The notes below the pieces were generated by a model. The model was not told the origin of the DNA. It saw only the letters and a list, made by a program, of their open reading frames with translations, and made no database searches. From Callorhinchus milii (lineage: Eukaryota), in NCBI RefSeq assembly GCF_018977255.1, contig NW_024704743.1:50718001-50782000 (forward strand): a stretch of DNA of 64,000 bases, read 5' to 3'. The position numbers and the translations under genes are program-made. This document shows positions 1 through 11,739 of the stretch, one piece after another (within the stretch, counting starts at the first letter, position 1; every line of letters starts with the position of its first letter).

Positions 1-654
1 CTACCTCCTGGCCAGTCTGTTCTAGGGATTCTTATTCCCTTTGAAGGACAGCACATCATTGAGATATGCCAAACTCAGTTTATTTATGTTGGGTTTTAAG
101 TGGTCCCATGTCGCTTTCAGTTGAGTTGGACTAAAAACAATCATCCGAATTTGGAGTTCTGTGTGTCTGCAGGTTTGTTCTGTTTTTGAATGCCAGTCAC
201 CCTTTTGACTCGGTAAGATTGCTTCACTTAGTGTTCTCGGGATATACAGTGGAGGCACTCAGAGCTGAGAAAGCGGAGCAGGGCATCAAGCTCTGTGCCA
301 TTTACTCATGCTGCATTTACACTTTCCTCCAGGAGTGCGGCTCCAATGCTATACAGTCTCCAGAGCACATTCATATTGTACTTTTGGCAGGGAATTGCTG
401 CCAAGAATTCTGCCATCTTCCAGCATGATGTTCCCAATGGCTTGGCAACCTGTTTCCAGCATTTGGCCTTCTATCACAGTTATTATTGTTATTTGCCACT
501 TCCCAGACATCGTGTGTGGCTTGTTTTGTTGTGGGGCTTGCTTCAGGGTTTTCATTGGAGAACCCTGTATGAGCAGGCAACAGGCAAAGCATTGGAAATC
601 TGCCTGAGTGCCCAAAGAAGAGCAAGGCTTGCAAAAAGCATGCTCCTTCTGTGT

Positions 655-1150
655 GTCTCAAGTCATTTCCCACCTCTGCCACTCCCTCTTCCTTGGGCTG
701 CCAATATCCTCATTCATGCTTTCATCAGGTCCAGGCTTGACAATTCCAATACCCTGCTCACTGAGCGCTCCAGCTCCCCTCTACACAAACTGCAGACTAT
801 CCAGAACTCTGCAGCCCATGTCCTCTCCCTCACGGGGAAGTCCATGACCCCTCACTCCCCCCCACCCCCTGCCCCACTCCCCCATCCTTGCTCAGCTCCA
901 ATGCATGCCTATCCCCTAGTGGATTGAATTCAAGATCCTCCTCTTCCTATTCAAATCCCTCCAAAGCCTCGACCCATCCTACCACTACCACCTCCTTCAA
1001 CCCTACCAACTTGTCTTTTCCCTTCAATCAGTGAACACTGGCCTGCTTCATGTCCCCTGCCTTGTCCTTCCCACTGTTGATCAGCCATTCTGTCTCAGCT
1101 CTTTGGGATTCCATCCCTCTGTCCTTCTGACTCACCCCTTCATCCCCACT
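655..1150 (+). mobile_element. Old L2 LINE 3' fragment
   Basis: Translates ILIHAFIRSRLDNSNTLL...LHKLQTIQNSAAHVL, the L2 ORF2 C-terminus; frameshifted. Confidence 0.85.
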
Positions 1151-1270
1151 CTTCAGATGAGACATTAAACTGAGGTCCCATCTGCCTATTCAGCTGGATG
1201 TTAAAGATCCTATGGGACTATTCAAAAAGAGAAGGGAGTTTCTCCTGATGTTTGAGCCAATAATATCCCA
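1150..1270 (+). mobile_element. SacSINE1-like DeuSINE internal fragment
   Basis: CAGATGAGACATTAAACTGAGGTCCCATCTGCC...GGATGTTAAAGATCC block, repeated at 17985, 20570, 21285, 55993 and 62870. Confidence 0.75.
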
Positions 1271-1274
1271 ACAT

Positions 1275-1490
1275 AAAATCCTTGCATTTGATATAGTGGC
1301 TTATTGCATTGTTGAGTAAATTGACTGTGTATTTTGTTAGCAAAATGTGGCACCCAAGTGTGCACAGTAGTGTCCCACAAACAGTCATGGATTGAGTGAC
1401 CACATTTTTTTTGAGGGATTATTAGCCCTGGAAAGCAATCTGCCAATGAACTAACAGCTGAGTTCCTACCCACTGCTTGATAAATACGTG
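1275..1490 (-). mobile_element. tRNA-Ala-derived SINE, long form, 5'-truncated
   Basis: Reverse complement of the tail, Deu core and long-form insert seen in full copies. Confidence 0.8.
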
Positions 1491-2968
1491 AACATTTCCA
1501 CCATCTTCCTGCCCACAGTTCAGACCCGCATCCCAACTCATTGAATGATGGTTCCACCAGTTGGAGGTACAGAGCTTAAGCAGCAGCTGCTTAACTCTCT
1601 GCAAGCCAATCAAGGTGAATTCCAAGCCCTGGATATATGAATACATGTTCACAAGCCCATACTGTGGATAATGCCTTCCAGACATTATATATATATACAC
1701 TTTAATACAATTGAAGCATTATTAAAGGTTTGCTTCTATCAGGTGCAAAGCCCTATCTAGTGTTTCATTTTACTTCACTAAGTTCTGAGATTTGAGATGG
1801 TGGTTCTATAGAAATATGCGGTTTTGCCGGAATTCATAAAATTTTAACTTTCTCCCACTGCACTGCACACAAAGGCATCTCACATACCTTATCAGGGAAC
1901 AGTGGATAAAACCAGAATTTATCCTTAATGAGAGGACCTCATGCATTTTTCACAACTTCCTTGAGAAATGAATAAAGGCATATCTGGCTGCCAAAGCCTA
2001 AATGTTGCTGCCTTGCAGCCTCATGTTGTATCTTTAGTTCCAGCAAATAGACTTCACACACTCCAACTGAAAATTCAGAAATGCAACTGCTTCTGAAACA
2101 CTTTTCCCAGTGCCTCTGACAGTTACTACTTGTCAAGCTTGGAATTTCTGGCATGAGCTCCCCATGTCCCTCTCCTCTCCCCGACCGAACAGATTGACAT
2201 TTCTGAGATTTAGCCCCTACTTGCAATCAAGGATAAATTCACATGGATAGTATTGAACATTTATCTCTCAGGGCAAGTAAACGTAATTGAATAAGGGTGT
2301 TAACATTGGAAAGTGACACAAATAAGCTGCACTTCTATGACAGCCAAAACAATTCTTCTGCATTCACTGCCATTAACACTTTCACTACCATGTTGCTGCA
2401 ACACATTTACTGCTTTGCCAACTCAGAGAGAATGATATCCTCCTTGGGGGAAGGCTATTCTCCTAGGCCGATGGTGTGGGGGGAATTATGTAAGTGGGGT
2501 GTCCTTGAAGCTGAACTAGCACCAAGGTGATATGTCTTGCAATGGAATGTCAGAATTGAGCCAGCCCTCTGTGGTGGTCTCAGAAGTCCGGTTCCTGAGC
2601 CAGGCAGGTCCACAGTATTCCAGGGCACTGCTGATAACAGCACAGTGACCCATTGGCAGGACTTGGAAGGTTGGACCAATCACTTGGAGCAGGGAGTTAT
2701 CCAACTCAGCTCTTTCTTGATTTCACTGAATTTAATGCCATGAAACCTAAAATAACTTAACCACCTTATTTTGCAAACTAGAGTACGTAGAAATGTTGTG
2801 GTGAATTTTCACTAGTTGGTAAATTTACAAAACTTGGTGGGCAAGTAAGAATTACATTGCACTTCTGGTGCATATCTTAGAGTGAATCGCTATGATTTTG
2901 TACAGTCTCAGTGCAGAGTCAATGGGCTCTTCCTTTTAGGCTGTAAATTTCTATGATCCTATGATCTC

Positions 2969-3288
2969 GTGGAGTCCTGTAGCTCAGTGGTTAGAGCACT
3001 TGCTTTGCAAGCGAGAGACCTGAGTTCAATTCCAGGCAGGGCGAAACCTTGGGCAAGTTTCCTTACTCCACACACCTAATAATAATCCCTCCAAAACCGA
3101 AAACAATAATTAAAGAAATTGGTCATTTTCAATCTGCGACTGTTTGTGGGACATTGCTGTGTGCAATTGGCTGCCGCGTTCGCCCACAAATATACAGTCA
3201 ATTCACTTTACAGTGTGTTCTGTGAAGTGCTTTGGGACGTCCTCCCGACGTGAAAAGCGCTATATCAAATGCAAGGATTATTATTATT
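2969..3288 (+). mobile_element. Young tRNA-Ala-derived SINE, short form (tRNA head, Deu core, L2-type tail, (TAT)n)
   Basis: A box TAGCTCAGTGG, anticodon loop TTTGCAA, B box GAGTTCAATTCC, Deu-like core GTTTGTGGGACATTGCTGTGTGCAATTGGCTGCCGCGTT; near-identical copies at 11337 and 59263. Abuts a CR1 tail (TTCTATGATCCTATGA). Confidence 0.92.
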
Positions 3289-3336
3289 AACCAGGACAGT
3301 GGCAAAGTTAAGTTAGTGGAGGCTGGAAAGTGGCAC

Positions 3337-3465
3337 AATAATAATAATCCTGGTATTTGACATAGCTTTATCATTTCTTCGAAACATCTCAAAGCACTTA
3401 ACAAGGTTTCCTGTAAAGTAAAGTGACTGTGTATTTTGTAGGTGAACATGACAACCAAATATGTC
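3337..3465 (-). mobile_element. DeuSINE 3' tail fragment, tail-to-tail with the 2969 copy
   Basis: (AAT)n CCTGGTATTTGACATAGC... is the reverse complement of the SINE tail. Confidence 0.75.
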
Positions 3466-5822
3466 AATAATAACCAGGATAAAATTCATAAAATTCTGTA
3501 CATATTATGGTTGTGTGTGGTTGTGCTCTGATACAATGCCACCTCATAAGACAACAAATCCTTCACTCCCCTTTCACCACCCGCCAACAAAGCAAAACCC
3601 CTCCATATCTGTTGCTTTACCCATGTTAAATGCCATCATAGCTCATGATCGTCTGCAGTACTTGGAAAAGAATCAGACTCCATTGATCCACAATTGCTCT
3701 GAGTATGAATACCAAATAACCAGTGAATTGTGGCAAGCTTGGGAGGAGGGCTTGACACTCATACACAGGAACAGAGGAACAGAACAGAAGGAAAAATGGA
3801 AGATACTCAAATGTGTTATAAACATCACATTCTTCACACTGAGTTGCAAACCACTCCTACAGTCTTCTTTATCTAATCNTTTTTTTCTCTCACTACCCCA
3901 AAATATGTCTATGCGTAATTCTAGCTTTCTATTCACTGTGCAGTTTGTCAACAAATGCGACAGCTAATCTATACACAACAGTGTCTCCCAAACTGCCATG
4001 AGGAAAATGAACAATTTTATCTGTGGGATTGTTGGCCAGGACACCAGGGGCAACTCTCTTCTCTAAAACCAGATCTAACCCTGCAAACCAAAGCTCTGAT
4101 GCAATTTATAATACAATACAATTTACACTTATATAACACCTTTCACTTCAGGAGGACATCTCAATTAAAAGGTAGGTTGGGTAGAATCATAGAATATTAC
4201 AGTACAGAAGGAAGCTATTCAGCATATCGTGCCTGTGTCAGCTCTTTTGAAGAACTATCCAATCAATCCCATTCCTGTTCTTTCCCCATAACCCTGCACG
4301 TTTTTCTTTTAAGGTAGGATATTTCTGACTGTTTTTCCGGTACACACATTATATGTGTTATAATGGGTGTAAGGAATCCAAAAGATGGCAATTTCTATTG
4401 GGATCTTCAATAAGAAATTTGGAAGTAGGTCACATCAACCCCTGGGAACAACAATGCAATCCAATGCAATGGTCACCATTGTGTAGTTCCAGTTTACTTA
4501 TTAAAGAATAAAGTTAGAAATGGTCAGATTTTTTTCTGTAAGGCGTTCTCTGAGTCTGAGTAATCCAGACTCCCACAAAATCATTGAGCAAACCCTTTTG
4601 TAATGTCTTCCTCTGATTTCATGTTCAGTTTCATGAGACAATGTAAAAAAAGGCTGTACAGTGTTTGGCTATCTATAACCACAGAGGTTGAATGATCAGT
4701 TGAGATATGTTGAGATTGGCAGCTAATAGCAACTCTCAGGGGCTAAACAAGAAACTAAGTTCCCACCATCTCAGGTTGACTTGACACAAAGGAAAATATG
4801 AAGACTGAGAATCATCACTGAACATAAGCAAAGTATCAGTTTGATAGCTAAGAATGTATGAACTGTGGAAAACTATGAAAGGCTTAGTTGGAGCAACACC
4901 ACACATTGGTAATTGTTAACATGATCTTACTCCTATGTTAAATTTATGACATTTTCAGGACTGAACCCATGTGTCTAATTTGTAAGGGAGATTTAACATT
5001 TTTGGATGTGGTACAAAAATCTTGCCTTAATCCTTTAGAAGTTAATATCAAACAGTGTCTTTTCGAAGATCTGGTCCAACATTTCTTTGGGTTGTTGGCA
5101 TGGAAACATACTGTAATTCTCAGTGGAAAATCTGAAGCAAAAGTTTTAAGATAATTGAACTCACACTGCCATAACGCTGCTAACACTGTTGAAGTGACAG
5201 ATCGGTTACACGTCAAAGTTTAGTTCCAGTCTGCATACAGAAATACTCTGTCCTGAAGTTTTCCGACCCCTAGACAGCACAAATAAACCAGAAAAATATT
5301 CTGTATACGTTCTTTCGTTATGCATAGTGACCACTAAATACTCCATTACATTAGAACTCCATTGTAATGCGGATTCATACATTGGGGTGTGGACCTTGAC
5401 ATTTAGTTACTCAAAAAATCCAGAATGTGCTCCATTGGGAGAAGGTAAAATGGCCAACATCTAGGTCATTACATTGCAAAATACAATACAAAATTACATT
5501 TGTTTAGCAATATTCACGTTGGGAGGATATCCCAAGGCATTGGGTCTCCATTGACGTCACTTCCTGTGTGCTGCATTTTGCCTTTCTACACCCATGCACA
5601 GTAAATGCAGAAGCACTGATTGGCAATTGCACTCTGTTATACTGTTCCATGGAAATTTATGGATCCCAACTATCATATTAAACCATATTATAAGGGGGCT
5701 CCACTGCATATAGTTATTTATATCTTTGCTGCTCTATTCTGATCCTGTTTCATCTCTGAAATAGTCCCTCTTCAGATTGAGTCAGATTGATTATAGTTCA
5801 TTGCTCAGCATTTGTTTATAAT

Positions 5823-6156
5823 ATAATAATAATCCTTACATTTGATTATAGTGCCTTATCACATCTTCGATATGTCTAAAAGGGCTTCACAGAATACACT
5901 GTAAAGTGCGGCAGCTAATTGCGCACAGCAGTGTCCCACAAACAGTTGTGGATTGAGTAACCAAATTATTATTTTATTTATTTTTAAAGGGATTATTACT
6001 GCCGGAAAAGTGATCCGCCAAAGATTAACAACTGGGTTCCTACTTAATGCAATGTAAGCAGAGGTGTGTGGAGCAAGGAAACTTGCCTAAGGTTTCAAAC
6101 CCAGGTCCTCTCGCTTGTGAGGCGAGTATTCTAACTAATATGCTACAGGACTCCAC
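5823..6156 (-). mobile_element. tRNA-derived SINE, long form, full length
   Basis: Ends in GCTACAGGACTCCAC (reverse head); contains long-form insert and (AAT)n tail. Confidence 0.88.
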
Positions 6157-6169
6157 TGTATACATATAA

Positions 6170-6310
6170 ATGGAAAGGGAGTGGAGGTCATTGAAGGCCC
6201 AGTCGAAGAGGAAAGTATTCAGCTGTGATTTGAAGATGGGCAAGGAGGATGCAAGTCGGAGGGAGTGAAACAGAGAAGTCCAGAGATTTGGGGCATATTG
6301 GCTGAAAGCA
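6170..6310 (-). mobile_element. L2 3' fragment
   Basis: Reverse frame IFKSQLNTFLFDWAF, the L2 C-terminus. Confidence 0.7.
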
Positions 6311-6474
6311 CAGAGTTGCGTAACATTCCTTTTTATGTATCTTATTTAGTACTTTCTGAATCAAATGCCCTATAGCTAAGTAAAATTCAGTTAAATTAAC
6401 ACAAAGGGAGCTCCTTCAATATTCTCATGGGCAAAAGCATTGCCAACACTAACTATCTCAGCTTCCATAGGGAT

Positions 6475-6580
6475 ATTAGCCACCTGGGTGAATTACTGGA
6501 GGGTGACTGTCTGTGAAACCTTAGCTCAGTGGAAGAGTAAAGAGGTCAAAATCCTTCCCAAGAGGAGGGGAGGAAAGAAA
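6475..6580 (+). mobile_element. AmnSINE2-like ancient SINE, 3' end
   Basis: GCCACCTGGGTGAATTACTGGAGGG...AGAGGAGGGGAGGAAA resembles the AmnSINE2 3' end as I recall it. Confidence 0.5.
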
Positions 6581-6719
6581 GATTGACATTTAAAAAAAAG
6601 CCTCAAAGTGGAATGCAAAACATGTCTGGGTATCCTCTAAAAATTGGGCTCTTTGTTTTGAAATGTAAAATATTTTTTTTTCCATAACACTGGGAGATGT
6701 AGAAACATTTTTATATTAT

Positions 6720-7050
6720 TTCTCATCTTCTTCCTCCCTGTTTGAGGCAATGACTCATGCTTGGTGGAATTTAGTTCCAGGGGTGCCATGTAACCTAGAC
6801 TGAGCCATTTTTCATTTATGACCCCGACCAGTGAATGTCAGCAGCCATAGGGTCATTATTGTCTGCAAATGATGTACACTCATGTGTGGATGAAACACAC
6901 CCACATATCCAGATGGCTTCCAGTGGGTGGATGGTAAACAGGATAGGGAACTTTGGCTTATTTTTTCCTCCTTCTAATGTCAGAGATACTGATGCCAATT
7001 GTGAGGACCGCACTATCCGAGTCAAACTAACTAAATATGAACTGCTAAAC
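6720..7050 (-). mobile_element. AmnSINE2-like ancient SINE body
   Basis: Reverse strand has ACAATTGGCATCAGT...GGAGGAAAAAATAAGCCAAAGTTCCCTATCCTG...CTGGAAGC; related pieces at 32240, 45200, 51775 and 54535. Confidence 0.55.
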
Positions 7051-7314
7051 CAGCACGAGCAGGGATTACAATTAATATATTTCTGGTCTGGATAAGATCA
7101 ATACCAGTTTAGATATCAATGCCTTTCATGTTTAGCTTCCACGCAATAAATATAAAATTGTAATTATTTAGATTTTCTGACCAGATGCTGGTAATGTCAG
7201 TCAAGGATTGGTTACCTGTCAGAGAAACCCCAAGCAGCTCCAGATAAACTAACCTCAAGCACAACCGAGGCATCTCAAAACAGATCAGTTCCAAGCATTC
7301 TCTAGAAAGAGACA

Positions 7315-7540
7315 ACTTTTTTTTTATATAGCACCTTCTCATGTTCAAACATCTCTAAGTGCTTTACAGTAATTACTGTTCAGTGTATTGGTTGTTTTTG
7401 TAGGCAAATGCAATAATCGTTTGTGCCAGCAATGTCCCACAAACAGCCATGAGGTGAATGACGAATTGATCAGCAGGATTGTTGGCTAGGACCCCAGGAG
7501 AAACTCCCTCCTCTTTTTGAATAGTGTCCTGGGATCTCTA
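7315..7540 (-). mobile_element. SacSINE1-like DeuSINE 3' half
   Basis: Reverse Deu core (CAGCAATGTCCCACAAACAGC) and tail. Confidence 0.75.
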
Positions 7541-7659
7541 AAGAGGCTATTGCAGAAGATGATCGAGATCTAGCAATTATTTACTAGATACCATTTCCGT
7601 GTTCTTTGCCAGCATGAACTGGGTTGCATAGTAGATAGTTTTAATATTTATTTTTTGCT

Positions 7660-8075
7660 TTTGGGAGCTCATCCCCAGTGTTGGTGAGATGAGTTAGAAG
7701 GATTGAGTGAATAAAATGAGGTTGTTCAGCTTTGAAAAGTGACAATCCACAATGAGCCTTAAGAAGCATATAAAATGCTGAATTGAACAGAGAAAGTAAA
7801 CTTAGAACAATGCCTTCAGATACACTAAGTTAGCAAAAAGGACACAGGTTCATGGTCATAAAAAGCATATTTAAGAGGCTACTGACTCATTTACATATAT
7901 TGGAAACAGGTCATTCGGCTCAATTAGTCCATGCTGGTGTTTATTATCTACACAAATCTCCACCCACTCTTTACTCCCTTATATACACTTCTATTCCACT
8001 TTCACTCAATTGAGGTCTAGGTTCCTCTTAGAAACACTTCAGGCAGAGAGTTCCAGATCTCATTACTCATCCTTG
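7660..8075. mobile_element. Two old CR1 3' fragments (plus, then minus)
   Basis: Degenerate CR1 C-terminal coding sequence followed by a reverse CR1 3' end (GGAAACAGGTCATTCGGCTC). Confidence 0.55.
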
Positions 8076-8206
8076 TATCCCTGGTTACCGACTCACGAAC
8101 AAAGGAATGGTACCTTTTATTTAAAAACAGGTTGATACTGTAATGGGAAGACAATAGGTTGAGTACTGTGAAAGGATGCAGTAAAACAGACCAGAGAACC
8201 TTAGAT

Positions 8207-9100
8207 CCATAGAAATGTATGGCACAGAAGAAGGTCATTCAGCCCATTGTGTCTGTGTCAGCTGTCTCAAGAGCAATCATTTCTGCCCCTCTGACCTGCC
8301 CTTTCCCCATACTCTGGTAGCTGATTCTTTTTAAGTATCTGTCTAGTTCCCTCTTGAAGACTAGTATGGACACTGCTCAACTACTGCTCCTGGCTGGGCA
8401 TTCCATATCCTAACTACTCAGCACATGAAAAAAAATCTCCAAATCTCCCCATTTGTGCATTTACTATCTTTGGTTGCTGCGTTTCACCCACAAAATTTAC
8501 AGACAATTCACTTTACAATATATTGTGTGAAGCACTTTGAGACGTTTTGAAAAGGTTATAAAGTGCTATCAAATGCAAGGATTATTATTATCTTAAATTG
8601 ATGCACCCTAGTTGCTGACTCACTGACCAGTGGAAATAATTCTCACTATTAACTATCAGAATCCCTCATAATTTCAAAGACCTCTAACAGATCATCCCTC
8701 AAACTCCTTTGTTCCAGCAAAATGTCCCAGTTCCTCCAGTCTCCACTTATAGGCCAAACATTTCATCCCCGGTATCACCTTAGTAAATCTCCTCTGCACC
8801 ACCTCTATCACCTTGGCATCATTCCTTAGGTGGGGTGAATAATACTGGAAACAATATTCTAACCGTGGCATTATATATATATATATATATATTCTATACC
8901 CCTATTTATAAAACCTAAGATTCCATTAGTTTATTTGACAGCATTATCCACCTGCCTTCCTACCTTTAAGGATTTATGTACATTAACCCTCAAGTTTCTT
9001 TGCTCTTGATTCCTTTCAATATTTTACCACCCAACATATAATTGTTCTCCTTATTCTTTCACCTAAAATGTACAACCTCGCATTTATCTGCATTAAACAT
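8207..9100 (-). mobile_element. CR1 LINE 3' fragment, interrupted by a plus-strand SINE tail at 8470-8592
   Basis: Starts with reverse CR1 tail CATAGAAATGTATGGCACAGAAGAAGGTCATTCAGCCC; collinear with the CR1 at 52645. Confidence 0.8.
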
Positions 9101-9207
9101 CTTCACGTGTTACCTCTCTTGATCTTGTACCCAGTGTTGTTTCAACCACAGTTGAATTGCTATTATTAAAAGTAATGTATATTTTTAATTATTGATATAA
9201 GCACTGA

Positions 9208-9965
9208 ACAACAACAACAAAATTACATTTATAGAGCACCTTTCACGTTGGGAGGATGTCCCAAAGCGCTAAACAGTCAGGTGTCGGGACCTGAGCTTGG
9301 AGGAGGGGGAGATGGTGTAGGGTTGAAGGAAGGCAGAGAATGCCTGGCTACCGATGGTAGGGCGGGTCGGGCGGGTTGGAGTAGGCCGGAGCCCGATGAA
9401 TGGAGGGAGCGGGCAGGCTCGTAGGGAGTCAGCAGGACAGAGAGGTAGGAGGGGGCAAGGCCATGGATGGCCTTAAAGGTGAGGACAAGGATCTTGAACT
9501 CGATCCTCTGGGGGATGGGGAGCCAGTGGAGTCGGGCGAGGGTGGGAGTGATGGGGTCACGGAGCCTGGTGCGTGAGAGTACATGAGCTGTAGAGTTTTT
9601 CCTCAGCTTGTCAGGGAAAGAGTTGGGAAGGCCAAAGAGGAGGGCGTTCCCGTAATCGAGCCTTGATGTGACGAATGCGTGGGTGAGGGTTTCGGCAGCC
9701 TGAGGGGTGAGGCAGTGGCGGAGTCTGGCAATGTTGCGGAGGTGGTGGTAGGCAGTGCCGGTCATGGCGCGGATGTGGGGGAGAAAGGACAGTTCAGGGT
9801 CAAACAAGACACCCAGGTCCTGACTGGCTTAGTGGGGTTGAGTGTGCAGCCGTGGAGGCTGATGCTGCCAGCGCCTGAGGTGCGGAAGCGTTGGCGCGAG
9901 CCAATCAGGACGGCCTCGGTCTTGCTGACGTTGAGTTGGAGAAAGTTGGCCCTTATCGGACAGGC
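9208..9965 (-). mobile_element. L2 LINE 3' fragment
   Basis: ORF 9277-9807 (AYHHLRNIARLRHCL...SRLDYGNALL...[13 protein letters not shown]) and (TTG)n tail. Confidence 0.93.
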
Positions 9966-10678
9966 AGTGCGGGGGCTGGAGGAGAATGGGATAATGAGAA
10001 TGGGCTGTAGGAATGGGTCGGTGAGTGGGAAGGAGTGGCCACCTAACTCATTAGAGGCTGTGTCCATTTAGTAGACTGATAGCATGTAACACTGAATAAG
10101 TTATTCGAGCAAGGATTTTCAAATTTGTTTTTTCATTAATTCACAATATCCTATGATAAATCAAATTCACCATATTTGAAGAATATGGCTGATAGTGTGT
10201 TCCATATTATATACAGGGAAATCACGCAATTTCTGGAGCATCTGTAAGCCTTCTTTGATGTACATTTACTTTTTAATGTGAAATGTCTTGGATTTGGATC
10301 ACCAGGTTATTTCCATTTGGCTGATCTGAGTGTTGAGCAAACATCCATTGAAAACACAGAAATGGGGTTAATTGCCGTCATAATTGTCTGTGAGGGACGT
10401 GCTCCCTTATCACAGTCATCAATTCTGCTGAGGTCTGAAACTGACCTTGTCAGTCCTGACCTCCTCTGCTTCTCTTGGTAACTCAACCAGAATATGTCTA
10501 ACTTCAGGTGCATCTTTCTCGTCTACAAATATTCCAGCAGAACTTTGCACATGGTCAGTTTGAACAGATTGAATTATTAAACTAATCAGAATTAAAACAG
10601 TTTTTTGAACTTTTTTTTGCCATTGAACAGCTTTTTCTCAGTCTTAAATATTTCTGATTTCAACATAAAACATTCAGT

Positions 10679-11023
10679 GTGGAGCCCCGCAGCATAGTGC
10701 TCACCTCGCAAACGAGAGGACCTGGGTTTGATTCCCAGGCAGGAAGAAACGTTGGGCAAGTTTCCTTACTCCTTGCTCCTCTGTTTACCTGCAGTAAATT
10801 GGGACCTGGTTGTCAGTTGATTGATGGATTGCTTTCTGTGGGTAATAATCCCTGAAAAAAATTGGTCACTCAATCCATGACTGTTTGTGGGACACTGCTG
10901 TGCACAAATGGCTGCTGCATTTCACCCATAAAATACAGTCGATTCAGTTTACAGTATATTCTGTGAAGCTCTTTGACATGTCTCAACGTCGTGATAAGGC
11001 ACTATATCAAATGCAACTATTAT
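10679..11023 (+). mobile_element. tRNA-derived SINE, long form
   Basis: Head, TTGGGCAAGTTTCC, insert CTCTGTTTACCTGCAGTAAATTGGGACC, Deu core and tail. Confidence 0.88.
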
Positions 11024-11336
11024 ACCAATCCAATTGGTGTGGAATTTCTTCAGGTAAAATTTGCCTTATCATTATAAAACAACTACAGAGATCATATTTT
11101 CGCGATCATTTTCTATAGATTAGTTAAATATTTTAGGGAACTCTGAAATTAGCTGCATGCTTTATCAGAAACCATACCTCAGAGTCATCTAGACAAAATT
11201 ACGATCCACAGGACTATTGATAACCATGGCCAAACACTGAAGCCAGCGCTGTGGTGCTTTATTGTCAATCATTCTGTACCTTATCTGGGGTCATATTACA
11301 GTTTGTATGCTGGAGTTTAATCCATGCTGTAGTCCT

Positions 11337-11660
11337 GTAGAGTCCTGTAGCTCAGCGGTTAGAGCACTCGCTTTGCAAGCGAGAGACCTGAGTTCAATTC
11401 CAGGCAGGGTGAAACCTTGGGCAAGTTTCCATACTCCACACGCCTAATAGTAATCCCTCCAAAACAAAACAATAATAAATTGGTCATTTTCAATCTACGA
11501 CTGTTTGTGGGACACTGCTGTGCGCAATTGACTGCCGCGTTCGCCTACAAATATACAGTCAATTCACTTTACAGTGTGTTCTGTGAAGCGCTTTGGGACA
11601 TCCTCCCGACGTGAAAAGCGCTATATCAAATGCAAGGATTATTATCATTAATATTATTAT
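11337..11660 (+). mobile_element. Young tRNA-Ala-derived SINE, short form
   Basis: Near-identical to 2969-3288; followed directly by an inverted SINE tail (11661-11730). Confidence 0.92.
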
Positions 11661-11739
11661 TAATAATAATAATATAATAATAATCCTTGCATTTGATATA
11701 GCGCTTTTCACGTCTTCTAGACGTCTCAAGGGGAATAGG

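Noticed and set aside
295..927. 210-aa ORF as a host gene
   Set aside because: Its 3' half is L2 sequence, its 5' half has no recognisable domain, and it starts at GTG.
2969..3045. tRNA-Ala gene (also 11337, 59263)
   Set aside because: Acceptor stem does not close, and each copy continues into a SINE body and tail.
3461..3967. 168-aa ORF
   Set aside because: No recognisable domain or convincing splice context; begins at a SINE edge and spans an N.
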